This document shows positions 48,204 to 58,217 of a stretch of DNA of 64,000 bases, one piece after another (position 1 is the first letter of the stretch; the number at the start of each line of letters is the position of its first letter). The stretch is taken from assembly GCF_036666375.1 (NCBI RefSeq), contig NZ_JAVWWA010000017.1, positions 2,045 to 66,044 on the forward strand, given 5' to 3'. Under the pieces are notes generated by a model that saw only the letters and a program-made list of their open reading frames with translations, was not told where the DNA came from and searched no databases. The position numbers and the translations under genes are program-made. This DNA is from Comamonas sp. (lineage in GTDB: Bacteria; Pseudomonadota; Gammaproteobacteria; Burkholderiales; Burkholderiaceae_C).

Positions 48204-49639
48204 GGTGCGTCGGCGGGAATTTGGATGTCGGCCTGGGCCATGTAGCGCGCGAAGGCATCGCTCTGGCCCGAGCTTTCGAGCAGCGCAGCCAGTGCCTGCA
48301 CATACAGATTGGCGCTTTCCGCGCGCTGGGTCTGCACCTTGGCGAGATTGGTCTGGGCGTCGATCAGGTCGAGCACGGTGCTCGTGCCCTCCTTGAGTCC
48401 GGCTTCGCGCAGGCGCAGCAGCTCGCGCGCCAGGTCTTCCTGCGCCTGCTGCGCCAGGTACTGGCGCCGCGCCTGCTCCACGCCCAGCCAGTTCTTCTCG
48501 ACCAGCAGCGCGAGGTCGCTGCGCACCTGGGCCTGCATCGATTCGGCCTGGTCGATCTTGCGCAGCGACGACGCCGCGAGCGCATCGCGGTCCAGGCTGT
48601 CCCACAGCGTCCAGCGCACGGCCACGCCCGCGACCCAGTTGGGCTTGCCGCTGGTCGCCAGCTCGTGCAGGCCAAAGGCCAGCACCTGGGGCTTGCGCAA
48701 GGCTTCCTGGGCGTCGTGCAGCGACTCCGCCTGGCGCCGCTTGGCCTGCACCTTGTCGAGACCGGGATGCAACTGCTGGGCGGCGGCCACGAACTCCGCG
48801 AGCGGCGCCAGCGGCCGGCTGCTGACGAACAGCGGCGAAGTGGGCTGCACCAGGGCCTGGACCTTGACGGTGCGCGCCAGCGCCGTGGCCGCGAGCTGGG
48901 CGTCGTCGCGCGCCTTGCGCGCCTGCTGCTCGGCATCGGCCAATGCGGCCTGGGCCTGCAGGCGTTCGACCTTGGCGATCACGCCGACCTGGAGCATGCT
49001 TTGCGCGGCGCCGTCGTGCTGGCGCACCGCGTCCAGCGCGCGCAGGCGCAACTGTGCGGCGCGCTCGGCGAGCTGCGCGCCGAAGTAGCGCTGGACTAGC
49101 AGCGACTGCAGCGATTCGCGGCTGCTGGCGGCGTCGGCCAGCGCCTCGTCGGTGGCGCCGTCTAGCCCCGAGCGCACGGCGTCCGACACGCCGCCCATGT
49201 ACAGCGGCCAGATCAGCGACAGATTGGCCGACGCATTGTTCTTCTCGCGCTGCAGCCCGACATTGGAGGGCAGCTGCGGCGTACCGGGCAGCAGCTGCCC
49301 CAACTCAGGAGGCAGCATGCCCAGCGCGCCGTCGAGCATGCGGCGCGCGGGATCGAGATTGATATCGGCATTGACCGAATAGCGGTAGGCCATGCCCGTG
49401 ACCGACACTGAAGGCCCGCCCAGACCATCGACGCCCTGGCGGCGCAGGCGCGCGCTGTCCACGGCGCTGTGCGCTGCGGCCAGCTGGTCGGAGCGCTCGA
49501 GCAGCGCGGTCTGTGCTTCGACAAAACTCAGCGGGGCTGCGGGCTGTGCCAGCGCGCAGCATGCGCCCAAGGCCGCCACGCAGCCACCCAGCAGCCGACG
49601 CCAGCGCAGTGCAACAGATGACGTGGGAGTCGGCATCAC
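48200..49639 (-). CDS. TolC family outer-membrane efflux protein
   Basis: Signal peptide, WPLYMGG, GTSTVLDLIDAQ; ATGA overlap with the HlyD gene. Confidence 0.9.
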   Translation of the reverse strand: MMPTPTSSVALRWRRLLGGCVAALGACCALAQPAAPLSFVEAQTALLERSDQLAAAHSAVDSARLRRQGVDGLGGPSVSVTGMAYRYSVNADINLDPARRMLDGALGMLPPELGQLLPGTPQLPSNVGLQREKNNASANLSLIWPLYMGGVSDAVRSGLDGATDEALADAASSRESLQSLLVQRYFGAQLAERAAQLRLRALDAVRQHDGAAQSMLQVGVIAKVERLQAQAALADAEQQARKARDDAQLAATALARTVKVQALVQPTSPLFVSSRPLAPLAEFVAAAQQLHPGLDKVQAKRRQAESLHDAQEALRKPQVLAFGLHELATSGKPNWVAGVAVRWTLWDSLDRDALAASSLRKIDQAESMQAQVRSDLALLVEKNWLGVEQARRQYLAQQAQEDLARELLRLREAGLKEGTSTVLDLIDAQTNLAKVQTQRAESANLYVQALAALLESSGQSDAFARYMAQADIQIPADAP

Positions 49640-49742
49640 GGGTAGCTCCTTCCTCTCTCGCGGTAAGCCTTGAAAAGGATAGGGGCATCATATAGGAATC
49701 AACCGCCGGCAACGCTCGCGCCGGCGGTGCAAGGCTTGGCGT

Positions 49743-51005
49743 TCAGGCCTTGGCCGTCATCGCCCGCGTCAGCAATTCGACGCCCAGCAGGAAGTCGTCT
49801 ATGTCCATCGCCTCATGGGGATTGTGCGAGCCGTTGTCGTTGCGTATGAACACCATGCCCGAAGGCACGCCCGCATTGGCAAACACGGCTGCGTCATGGC
49901 CGGCGCCGCTGGCGATGCGTTCGAGCTTCGCGCCCGGGGCGGCGACCGCCTCCATGCGATCGAGCCAGCCCGCATCCATGATCGCCGGCTCGGTGAACAG
50001 GCGATCATCGAATTCGAAACGCACGTTGCGCGCGCGCTCGATCGCCGCGCATTCCTCGCGCATCAGGGTATAGAAGCGCTCCAGCGTCTGCGTGTCCTGG
50101 CTGCGCACCTCGAAGCTGAAGGCGACTTCGCCGGGAATGACCGAGACCGCATGCGACTGCGGCGAGGTCGAGCAGATGCCCGTGGTCATCACCATGTCCA
50201 TGCCCATCTGCAGCAGCACGCGCCAGTGTTCGTCCATGCGCGACAGCAGTTCGGCCACGGCCAGCAGCGCGTCCTTGCGCAGCCAGCGCGGCACGGCGCC
50301 CGAGTGGCCGGACTCGCCTATGCAGCGGATCAGGTTGTGGCGCACGTTGCCGCGTATGCCCGTGACCAGCGCCACGGGCCAGCCGCGGTTGACCATGATG
50401 GGGCCCTGCTCGATATGCACTTCGAGGTAGGCGGCGATGTCGGCGATGTCAATCAGCGCTTCGCCGCGGCCGATTGCCGCGACGTCGGCGCCGCAGCGCG
50501 TCATGGCTTCGCTCAGCGTGTCGAGACCGTCGCGGCGCGGGCGCGCCAGCGTGGCCGCAGGCAGCTTGCCCAGCAGCGACAGCGAGCCCAGATAGGCCTT
50601 GCCGTACCAGGCGCTTTCCTCGCCGCGCAGCGCGAGCACGCGCACCGGCAGCGCATCCTCATGGCGCCCGCGCAGGCCGACCAGTATCAGCATGCCGGCG
50701 ACGATGCCGGCCAGGCCGTCGAAATTGCCGCCCTGCGGCACGGAGTCGGCGTGCGAGCCGACCACCAGGAAAGGGGCCTCGCGCTGGTCTTCGGGCAGAC
50801 TCAGCCAGAGGTTGCCCGCACGGTCGGTCTCGCAGCGCAGATCGAGTTCAGCGGCCTTGGCCGCGAGAATGCGCAGCGCGGTGTTCTCGCCCTGGCCATA
50901 GCTTTCGCGCGTCACGCCCAGGCCGTCGCGCGTGGCTGCGCGGATCTCGGCGAGCAGCGCTTCGGCCAGAGCGCGGGTGTCGGTCACGGTGGTGCAGTCC
51001 ATCAT
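49743..51005 (-). CDS. M20 Zn-dependent amidohydrolase (N-carbamoyl-amino acid/allantoate amidohydrolase-like)
   Basis: GSHADSVPQGGNFDG, RGEES, EVHIEQGP, HSGAVP, SGAGHDA, SHNPHE. Confidence 0.92.
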   Translation of the reverse strand: MMDCTTVTDTRALAEALLAEIRAATRDGLGVTRESYGQGENTALRILAAKAAELDLRCETDRAGNLWLSLPEDQREAPFLVVGSHADSVPQGGNFDGLAGIVAGMLILVGLRGRHEDALPVRVLALRGEESAWYGKAYLGSLSLLGKLPAATLARPRRDGLDTLSEAMTRCGADVAAIGRGEALIDIADIAAYLEVHIEQGPIMVNRGWPVALVTGIRGNVRHNLIRCIGESGHSGAVPRWLRKDALLAVAELLSRMDEHWRVLLQMGMDMVMTTGICSTSPQSHAVSVIPGEVAFSFEVRSQDTQTLERFYTLMREECAAIERARNVRFEFDDRLFTEPAIMDAGWLDRMEAVAAPGAKLERIASGAGHDAAVFANAGVPSGMVFIRNDNGSHNPHEAMDIDDFLLGVELLTRAMTAKA

Positions 51006-51673
51006 GCGCCTGTGCCTCCGTTGCGCAGCGACCAGGCCACGGGCGAGGCCGAGAAGTCGGCCAGCGTCGCCTGCTGGGCGCTGCTGAGCTGTCCGCTGGC
51101 GAGCAGGGCTTCATGCAGATGCTTCCAGGTGGCCAGCGCGTGCAGCGACAGGCCATGCTCGGCCAGCGTGCTGGCTTCCTGGGCGTAGAGCGCGTAGTCG
51201 AGCAGCACCAGCACATCTTCGACCACCGGGCCCGCGCGGCGCAGCGCCGCGACGGTGCCGGCCTTGGAGCGGCCGTCGGTGGTCACGTCGTCGACCAGCA
51301 GCACCCTGGCGTCGGCGGGCAGCCGGCCTTCGAGCTGGGCCGTGATGTCCCAGCCCACGGGGCGCTTGCGCAGGTAGAGCATGGGCAGTTCCAGGCGTTC
51401 GGCCAGCCATGCCGCAAACGCTATGCCCGAGCTTTCCGTGCCCACGATGGCGTTGATGCCGCGCGCGGCGATCACCGGCCGCACGCTGCGCGCCGCGAGG
51501 TCCATGATTGAGCCGCGCAGCGCGACATCCGACATCAGGACTTGCGCGTCCACATAGACCGGACTGGCCCAGCCCGATGTATAGAAGAACGGCTGGTGCG
51601 CGGCAATGCGCACCGCGCCCAGCCCCACCAGGGCCTGGGCAACGCGCGGGGCGTCGGAGTCGGAAAGAAGCAT
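51002..51673 (-). CDS. Orotate phosphoribosyltransferase-like protein (divergent)
   Basis: TSGWASPVYVD, GTESSGI, PRPP-binding VLLVDDVTTDGRSK; flexible loop reads RKRPVG; stop overlaps the hydrolase start. Confidence 0.82.
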   Translation of the reverse strand: MLLSDSDAPRVAQALVGLGAVRIAAHQPFFYTSGWASPVYVDAQVLMSDVALRGSIMDLAARSVRPVIAARGINAIVGTESSGIAFAAWLAERLELPMLYLRKRPVGWDITAQLEGRLPADARVLLVDDVTTDGRSKAGTVAALRRAGPVVEDVLVLLDYALYAQEASTLAEHGLSLHALATWKHLHEALLASGQLSSAQQATLADFSASPVAWSLRNGGTGA

Positions 51674-51774
51674 GAACGTATCCGTGGGCAAAACGCCATG
51701 GTAAGAAGCCAGCGGTCCAACCAGAAGTGGCTAAAATTCCTACAGCCGTTCCCATCCGCGATGGCTCATGCCGC

Positions 51775-52710
51775 ATGTCCCTATCCGACTTCACCTCCTC
51801 GCGCAGCTTTCTGCGCCAGATCGACCTCGCTTCGCTCGATCTTTTCGTGCTGATCTGCGAGTGCGGCAGCATCGCGCGCGCGGCCGAGCATGGCGGCATG
51901 GTGGCTTCGGCCGTGAGCAAGCGCATTGCCGAGCTCGAATCGCTGGCGCGCACGCCGCTGCTGCTGCGCCATGCGCGCGGCGTGCGCGCCACGCCCGCAG
52001 GCCAGCTGCTGCTCGAACACGCGCGCACCATCCTGCTCGACGTGGAACACCTGCGCGACGACCTGATCGAATACGCGCGCGGCGTGCGCGGCCTGGTGCG
52101 GCTGAGCGCCAACGCCTCGGCCGTGGAGCAGTTCCTGCCCGAGCACATCGCGCAGTTCGCCCAGCGCCACCCCGACATCCGCATCGACCTGCGCCAGGCC
52201 ACGAGCCGCAACGTGGCGCGCGCGGTGCGCGACCATCTTGCCGACCTGGGCGTGTGCAGCCCCTGCGACGAAGCCGAAGGCCTCGAATCCATGCCCTACC
52301 GGCGCGAGCGCATGGTGCTGATCATGCCGCGCGGCCATGCGCTCGCGCGCCATGCGCAGCTGGCGTATGAAGAAGCGCTCGACTATGCCCAGGTCGGCCT
52401 GCGCGACAGCTCCATCGTGCAGGAAACGCTGGACCGCGAAGCGCGCTCGGGCCGGCGCATGCTGCGCCAGCGCATCGAAGTCGACAGCCTGAGCGCGATG
52501 TGCCGCATGATCGAATGCGGACTGGGCGTGGGCGTGATGCCTGAAGGCGCCTACCAGCGCCTGGGCGAGACGCGCGAACTGCACGCCGTGCCGCTGACCG
52601 ACGCCTGGGCAGAACGCGACCTCAACCTGTATGCAACGCGCTTTGCCGACCTGCCCGCGCCCGCGCGGCACTTTGCCGAGGCATTGGTTCCGCAGGGCAA
52701 GGATTCCTAA
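51775..52710 (+). CDS. LysR family transcriptional regulator
   Basis: GSIARAAEHGGMVASAVSKRIAELE...LLRHARGVRATPAG. Confidence 0.93.
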   Translation: MSLSDFTSSRSFLRQIDLASLDLFVLICECGSIARAAEHGGMVASAVSKRIAELESLARTPLLLRHARGVRATPAGQLLLEHARTILLDVEHLRDDLIEYARGVRGLVRLSANASAVEQFLPEHIAQFAQRHPDIRIDLRQATSRNVARAVRDHLADLGVCSPCDEAEGLESMPYRRERMVLIMPRGHALARHAQLAYEEALDYAQVGLRDSSIVQETLDREARSGRRMLRQRIEVDSLSAMCRMIECGLGVGVMPEGAYQRLGETRELHAVPLTDAWAERDLNLYATRFADLPAPARHFAEALVPQGKDS

Positions 52711-53288
52711 GCCAAGGCTTCCATCTCATGCCCCAAGCGCATGCGTGAAGTCTTGGGCAGATGCGCGGTGAGGAATTCCATCTGGTCGGCCAGAATGCGG
52801 CGGTTGCGCAGGATGAAGTCTTCCCAGAGGCTGGGCACATAGGGGGCATAGAGCAGCGGCATGCGCGCCTGCTCGGGCGTGCGCGCGCCCTTGCGGTGGT
52901 TGCAGGGGCGGCAGGCCGTGACCACGTTCATCCAATGGTCCTGGCCGCGCGCGGCCTGGGGCAGGATATGTTCGCGCGTGAGCTCGCTGTCGTCGAACAG
53001 CTGGCCGCAGTAGGCGCAGACGCAGCGATCGCGCGCAAAGAGCTTGCTGTTGGTGAGGCCGGGCTTGAGCGCATGCGGATTGATGGCGGGCATGCCGCGC
53101 GTGCCGATGATGCTGTTGACATGTATCACCGACTGCAGGCCGGTGCGCGCGTTGTGGCCGCCGCGGAAACAGGCGATCTCTGCCCCGGACTCCCAGCGCA
53201 CGGCGTCGGCGGCGTAATAGAGAACCGCCTGTTCAAGCGTGAGCCAGGACTGGGGCAGCCCTTGCGCGGACAATTTCAGCACCTTCAC
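52707..53288 (-). CDS. HNH endonuclease (McrA-like)
   Basis: RDRCVCAYCG, REHILP, NVVTACRPCNHRKG; start uncertain. Confidence 0.88.
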   Translation of the reverse strand: MKVLKLSAQGLPQSWLTLEQAVLYYAADAVRWESGAEIACFRGGHNARTGLQSVIHVNSIIGTRGMPAINPHALKPGLTNSKLFARDRCVCAYCGQLFDDSELTREHILPQAARGQDHWMNVVTACRPCNHRKGARTPEQARMPLLYAPYVPSLWEDFILRNRRILADQMEFLTAHLPKTSRMRLGHEMEALA

Positions 53289-53453
53289 AACATGCCTCCT
53301 TTGCAATCACCATCGCCAAGGAATGTGGGCCCGCAGGGAACAACCCGCCGGTCTGGGCCCACCTGTCTCAGGCAATATACTCGCTTTGAGCGAAAACCCG
53401 TAGGCCGCGCTGGATGCACAGGCGCGCACCGCTCGCAGAACCAAAGCATATTG

Positions 53454-54503
53454 ATGAAGATCTTCCGCGGCTTCCAGCACTCGGGGCGTGAACCCGCCTG
53501 TGCCCTGACGATTGGCAATTTCGACGGTGTCCACCGGGGTCACCAGGCCATGCTGTCCCTGCTTGCGGGCGAAGCCCGGCAGCGCGGCGTCGCCACCTGC
53601 GTGCTCACCTTCGAGCCCCATCCGCGCGACTATTTCGCCAAGGTGCTCCACCAGCCCGGGCTCGCGCCGGCGCGCATCTGCACGCTGCGCGACAAGCTCG
53701 AAGCACTCGAGCGCTGCGGTGTGGACCAGGTGGTGGTACTGCCGTTCAACCAGCGGCTGGCCAGCCAGTCGCCCCAGGCCTTCATCGACGAAGTGCTGCT
53801 CGCCGGTCTGGGCGCGCGCTATGTGCTGGTCGGCGACGATTTCTGCTTTGGCGCCAAGCGCGCCGGCGACTACGCGATGCTCGACGCCGCGGGCCAGCGC
53901 AGCGGCTTCGACGTGGCGCGCATGAACAGCTACGAAGTGCACGGCCTGCGCGTGTCGAGCTCGGCGGTGCGCGAGGCCCTGGCCGCGGGCCGGATGGACG
54001 AAGCCGCGCGCCTGCTGGGCCATCCCTACACGATCTCCGGCCATGTGCTGCACGGCCGCAAGCTGGGACGCCAGCTTGCCGAATCCCGCCCGGGCGCAAG
54101 CGACGGCTTCCGCACGCTGAACCTGCGCTTTGCGCACTGGAAGCCCGCGGCCGGCGGCATTTTCGCGGTGCACGTGCACGGCCTGTCCGACCAGCCGCTG
54201 CAGGGCGTGGCCAATCTGGGCGTGCGCCCTTCTCTGGACCCGAACGACGTCAACGGCGGGCGCGTGCTGCTCGAGACCCATTGCCTCGATTGGCCCGCCC
54301 ACCTGGGGGCTGAAGGGGCATACGGTAAAATCATCCGCGTGGAACTTCTGCACAAACTGCATGACGAGCTGAAGTACGACAGTCTGCAAGCCCTGACCGC
54401 GGGGATTGCCAAGGACTGTGACGACGCGCGCGCGCTGTTTGCCGCTTTGCCTGCGCCCACGTACACCGAAACCCGTCGCCAGACGACTCGCGATCGAATT
54501 TGA
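53454..54503 (+). CDS. ribF: Bifunctional riboflavin kinase/FAD synthetase
   Basis: [46 protein letters not shown]. Confidence 0.96.
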   Translation: MKIFRGFQHSGREPACALTIGNFDGVHRGHQAMLSLLAGEARQRGVATCVLTFEPHPRDYFAKVLHQPGLAPARICTLRDKLEALERCGVDQVVVLPFNQRLASQSPQAFIDEVLLAGLGARYVLVGDDFCFGAKRAGDYAMLDAAGQRSGFDVARMNSYEVHGLRVSSSAVREALAAGRMDEAARLLGHPYTISGHVLHGRKLGRQLAESRPGASDGFRTLNLRFAHWKPAAGGIFAVHVHGLSDQPLQGVANLGVRPSLDPNDVNGGRVLLETHCLDWPAHLGAEGAYGKIIRVELLHKLHDELKYDSLQALTAGIAKDCDDARALFAALPAPTYTETRRQTTRDRI

Positions 54504-54612
54504 CGCGCGCCCTGCGCTGCAGGAGCCCGGGCAGGTCGCCCGTGCTCCACTCCCGCCCCGCTTTCCATGCCCGGGCCACTTCCCCGGGCAACGCTTCGCT
54601 TTGAAGGTTTCC

Positions 54613-57474
54613 ATGTCCGATCAAGCCAAAAACACCCCCGCCGCTGCGAGCAGCTATCGCAGCACCCTGAACATGCCCGACACCCCGTTCCCCATGCGCG
54701 GCGACCTGCCCAAGCGGGAAGCCGGCTGGACCAAGGAATGGGAAGACAAGGGCATCTACAAGAAGCTGCGCGACGCGCGCTGCGGCGCGCCCAAGTTCAT
54801 CCTGCACGACGGCCCGCCGTATGCCAACGGCCAGATCCACATCGGCCACGCCGCCAACAAGGTGCTCAAGGACATGATCGTCAAGAGCCGCCAGCTCGAA
54901 GGCTTTGACGCGCTTTACGTGCCGGGCTGGGACTGCCACGGCCTGCCGATCGAGAACGCGATCGAGAAGCTGCACGGGCGCAACCTGCCGCGCGACGAGA
55001 TGCAGGCCAAGAGCCGCGCTTTCGCCACCGCGCAGATCGCCCAGCAGATGGTCGACTTCAAGCGCCTGGGCGTGCTCGGCGACTGGGACCATCCGTACAA
55101 GACCATGAACTACGCCAACGAGGCCGGCGAACTGCGCGCGCTCAAGCGCGTCATGGAGCGCGGCTACGTGTACCGCGGCCTCAAGCCCGTGTACTGGTGC
55201 TTCGACTGCGGCTCGTCGCTGGCCGAGTTCGAGATCGAATACGCCGACAAGAAGAGCCAGACGCTGGACGTGATGTTCCCCACGGCCGAGCCCGAAAAGC
55301 TGGCCGCGGCCTTCGGCCTGCCGCCGCTTTCCAAGACCGCCTACATCGTCATCTGGACCACGACCGCCTGGACCATCCCCGCGAACCAGGCGCTCAACGT
55401 CAACCCGGCGCTCGAATACAGCCTGGTCGACACCGAGCGCGGCCTGCTGATCGTCGCCAGCGCGCTGGTGGACAAGTGCCTGGAACGCTGGGCGCTGAGC
55501 GGCAACGTGATCGGCACCGCCCTGGGCGAGAAGCTCGACCACCTGAACTTCCGCCATCCGCTGGCCGAAGTCGATGCGGGCTACGACCGCCTGTCGCCGG
55601 TGTATCTGGCCGACTACGCCACGGCCGACGACGGCACGGGTATCGTGCACTCGGCGCCCGCCTACGGCGTGGATGACTTCAACTCCTGCGTCAGCAACGG
55701 CATGGAGTACGACAACATCCTCAACCCGGTGCAGGGCAACGGCGTCTACGCGCCCGAACTGCCGCTGTTCGCGGGCCAGCACATCTGGAAGGCCGCGCCG
55801 GTCATCATCGAGACGCTGCGCGAAGCCGGCCGCCTGCTCGACAGCCAGACCATCACCCACAGCTACCCGCATTGCTGGCGCCACAAGACGCCGGTGATCT
55901 ACCGCGCCGCGGCCCAGTGGTTCGTGCGCATGGACGAGGGCGAAGGCGTGTTCACCAAGGACAAGGCGCCGGGCACGCTGCGCGAGACCGCGCTGGCGGC
56001 CATCGAGCAGACCCAGTTCTACCCCGAGAACGGCAAGGAACGCCTGCGCGCGATGATTGCCGGGCGGCCCGACTGGTGCATCTCGCGCCAGCGCAGCTGG
56101 GGCGTGCCCCTGCCGTTCTTCCTGCATGTGGACTCGGGTGAACTGCATCCGCGCACCATGGAAATCATCGACCAGGCCGCGGCCATGATCGAGGAAGGCG
56201 GCATCGAGGCCTGGAGCCGTGTGAGCACCGAGGAAATCCTCGGCGCCGAGGAAGCCGCCCAGTACACCAAGAGCACCGACATTCTCGAAGTCTGGTTCGA
56301 CTCGGGCTCGACCTTCTGGCATGTGATGCGCGGCACCCATGGCGAAATGCACCATGACAGCGGCCCCGAAGCCGACCTGTACCTCGAAGGCCATGACCAG
56401 CACCGCGGCTGGTTCCACTCCTCGCTGCTGCTGGCCTCGGCCATCTACGGCCGCGCGCCCTACCGCGGTCTGGTGACGCACGGCTTCACCGTCGACGGCC
56501 AGGGCAAGAAGATGAGCAAGTCGCTGGGCAACACGGTGGCGCCGCAGGACGTATCAAGCAAGCTGGGCGCTGAAATCATCCGCCTGTGGGTGGCTTCCAC
56601 CGATTACTCGGGCGACCTGGCGATCGACGACAAGATCCTGGCGCGCGTGGTCGATGCCTACCGCCGCATCCGCAACACGCTGCGCTTCCTGCTGGCCAAC
56701 GTCAGCGACTTCGACCCGGCGCAGGATGCCGTGCCTTTCGAGCAGATGCTCGAGATCGACCGCTACGCGCTGGCGCGCGCCCACGAGCTGCAGACGGAGA
56801 TCATCGGCCACTACCACGACTACGAGTTCCATCCCGCGGTCGCGAAGCTGCAGCTGTACTGCTCGGAAGACCTGGGCGGCTTCTACCTCGACGTGCTCAA
56901 GGACCGGCTCTACACCAGCGCGCCCAAGAGCCTGGCGCGCCGCTCGGCGCAGACCGCGCTGTGGCAGATCACGCATGCGATGCTGCGCTGGATGGCGCCG
57001 TTCCTGTCGTTCACGGCCGAGGAAGCCTGGAAGATCTTCGGCGACAGCGAAACCATCTTCCTGGAAAAGTTCAGCGACCTGCCCGCGGGCGACGCCGCGC
57101 TGCTCGCCAAGTGGGCGCGCATCCGCGAGATCCGCGATCTGGTGAACAAGGACATCGAAGCCGTGCGCACCACGGGCCAGGTCGGCTCGTCGCTGCAGGC
57201 CGAAGTCACGCTGGCCGCCGAGCCCGAAGACCTGGCGCTGCTGCAAAGCCTGGGCGACGACCTGAAGTTCGTGCTGATCACCTCGGCCGCGCAGGCCGTG
57301 GCTGCTGAGTCCGGTGCGGCGCTGCAATCGACGGTCGCGCCCAGCGCCCATGAAAAGTGCGAGCGCTGCTGGCATTACCGCGAAGATGTGGGCATCAATC
57401 CCGCCCATCCGACGCTGTGCGGCCGCTGCGACAGCAATCTGCATGGCGCCGGCGAAGACCGGAAGATCGCCTGA
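54613..57474 (+). CDS. ileS: Isoleucine--tRNA ligase (type 1)
   Basis: [31 protein letters not shown]-terminal CERCWH...CGRC. Confidence 0.98.
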   Translation: MSDQAKNTPAAASSYRSTLNMPDTPFPMRGDLPKREAGWTKEWEDKGIYKKLRDARCGAPKFILHDGPPYANGQIHIGHAANKVLKDMIVKSRQLEGFDALYVPGWDCHGLPIENAIEKLHGRNLPRDEMQAKSRAFATAQIAQQMVDFKRLGVLGDWDHPYKTMNYANEAGELRALKRVMERGYVYRGLKPVYWCFDCGSSLAEFEIEYADKKSQTLDVMFPTAEPEKLAAAFGLPPLSKTAYIVIWTTTAWTIPANQALNVNPALEYSLVDTERGLLIVASALVDKCLERWALSGNVIGTALGEKLDHLNFRHPLAEVDAGYDRLSPVYLADYATADDGTGIVHSAPAYGVDDFNSCVSNGMEYDNILNPVQGNGVYAPELPLFAGQHIWKAAPVIIETLREAGRLLDSQTITHSYPHCWRHKTPVIYRAAAQWFVRMDEGEGVFTKDKAPGTLRETALAAIEQTQFYPENGKERLRAMIAGRPDWCISRQRSWGVPLPFFLHVDSGELHPRTMEIIDQAAAMIEEGGIEAWSRVSTEEILGAEEAAQYTKSTDILEVWFDSGSTFWHVMRGTHGEMHHDSGPEADLYLEGHDQHRGWFHSSLLLASAIYGRAPYRGLVTHGFTVDGQGKKMSKSLGNTVAPQDVSSKLGAEIIRLWVASTDYSGDLAIDDKILARVVDAYRRIRNTLRFLLANVSDFDPAQDAVPFEQMLEIDRYALARAHELQTEIIGHYHDYEFHPAVAKLQLYCSEDLGGFYLDVLKDRLYTSAPKSLARRSAQTALWQITHAMLRWMAPFLSFTAEEAWKIFGDSETIFLEKFSDLPAGDAALLAKWARIREIRDLVNKDIEAVRTTGQVGSSLQAEVTLAAEPEDLALLQSLGDDLKFVLITSAAQAVAAESGAALQSTVAPSAHEKCERCWHYREDVGINPAHPTLCGRCDSNLHGAGEDRKIA

Positions 57475-57980
57475 TGGCCAGCGCCATTCCCACCACGGCG
57501 CGCCCGGCCATCTGGCCGTGGCTGGCCTGGGCGCTGCTGCTGATCGTGGTCGATCAGATCACCAAGCAGTGGATCCTGGCCTACTACCAGCTCGGTGATT
57601 TCACGCCGATCACGGGCTTCTTCAACATCGTGCGCGCGCACAACACCGGCGCGGCGTTCTCGTTCCTGGCCGACGCCGGCGGCTGGCAGCGCTGGCTGTT
57701 CACGGGCATAGGCGTGGTCGCCACGGTGGTCATCGTCTGGCAGCTGCACGCCCACCGCGGCCAGCGCCTGCTGGGTCTGGCGCTGGCCAGCATCCTGGGC
57801 GGCGCCATAGGCAATGTGGTCGATCGCCTGCAGCACGGCTATGTGGTCGACTTTCTGGACTTCTACTGGGGGGCTTCGCACTTCCCGGCGTTCAATGTCG
57901 CCGACATGGCGATCAGCATAGGCGCGGTGCTGCTGGTTCTTGACGAGCTGCGCCGCATGCGCAGGAAGAGCGCCGCCTGA
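57474..57980 (+). CDS. lspA: Lipoprotein signal peptidase
   Basis: [38 protein letters not shown] overlap with ileS. Confidence 0.97.
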   Translation: MASAIPTTARPAIWPWLAWALLLIVVDQITKQWILAYYQLGDFTPITGFFNIVRAHNTGAAFSFLADAGGWQRWLFTGIGVVATVVIVWQLHAHRGQRLLGLALASILGGAIGNVVDRLQHGYVVDFLDFYWGASHFPAFNVADMAISIGAVLLVLDELRRMRRKSAA

Positions 57981-57989
57981 TGGCGCCAG

Positions 57990-58020
57990 CGACGGCCTGT
58001 GCCCCTGGCACGGGCCGTCG
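57990..58020 (+). terminator. Hairpin after lspA (possible terminator)
   Basis: CGACGGCC-TGTGCC-CCT-GGCACG-GGCCGTCG stem; weak U-tract. Confidence 0.4.
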
Positions 58021-58217
58021 GTCTTTGCGGCAGAGCCCAGGGCGGGGGCTGCGCCAACAGGCTTGATGCGCGGGTTTACCCGTATCCGCGCGCGGAAAAA
58101 CAGTGCTCAAATCGCACATAACGCAGGGAAAACGCGCATAAACGCGCGAAAACGCGCCATTTCAACCACTCTCGCGGCACAGACTCGGCCATCGCGCTAT
58201 AGTGCTTGGTTCTGCCC

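Noticed and set aside
53454-57980. ribF-ileS-lspA lacking fkpB/ispH
   Set aside because: A truncated version of this operon is ordinary outside enterobacteria
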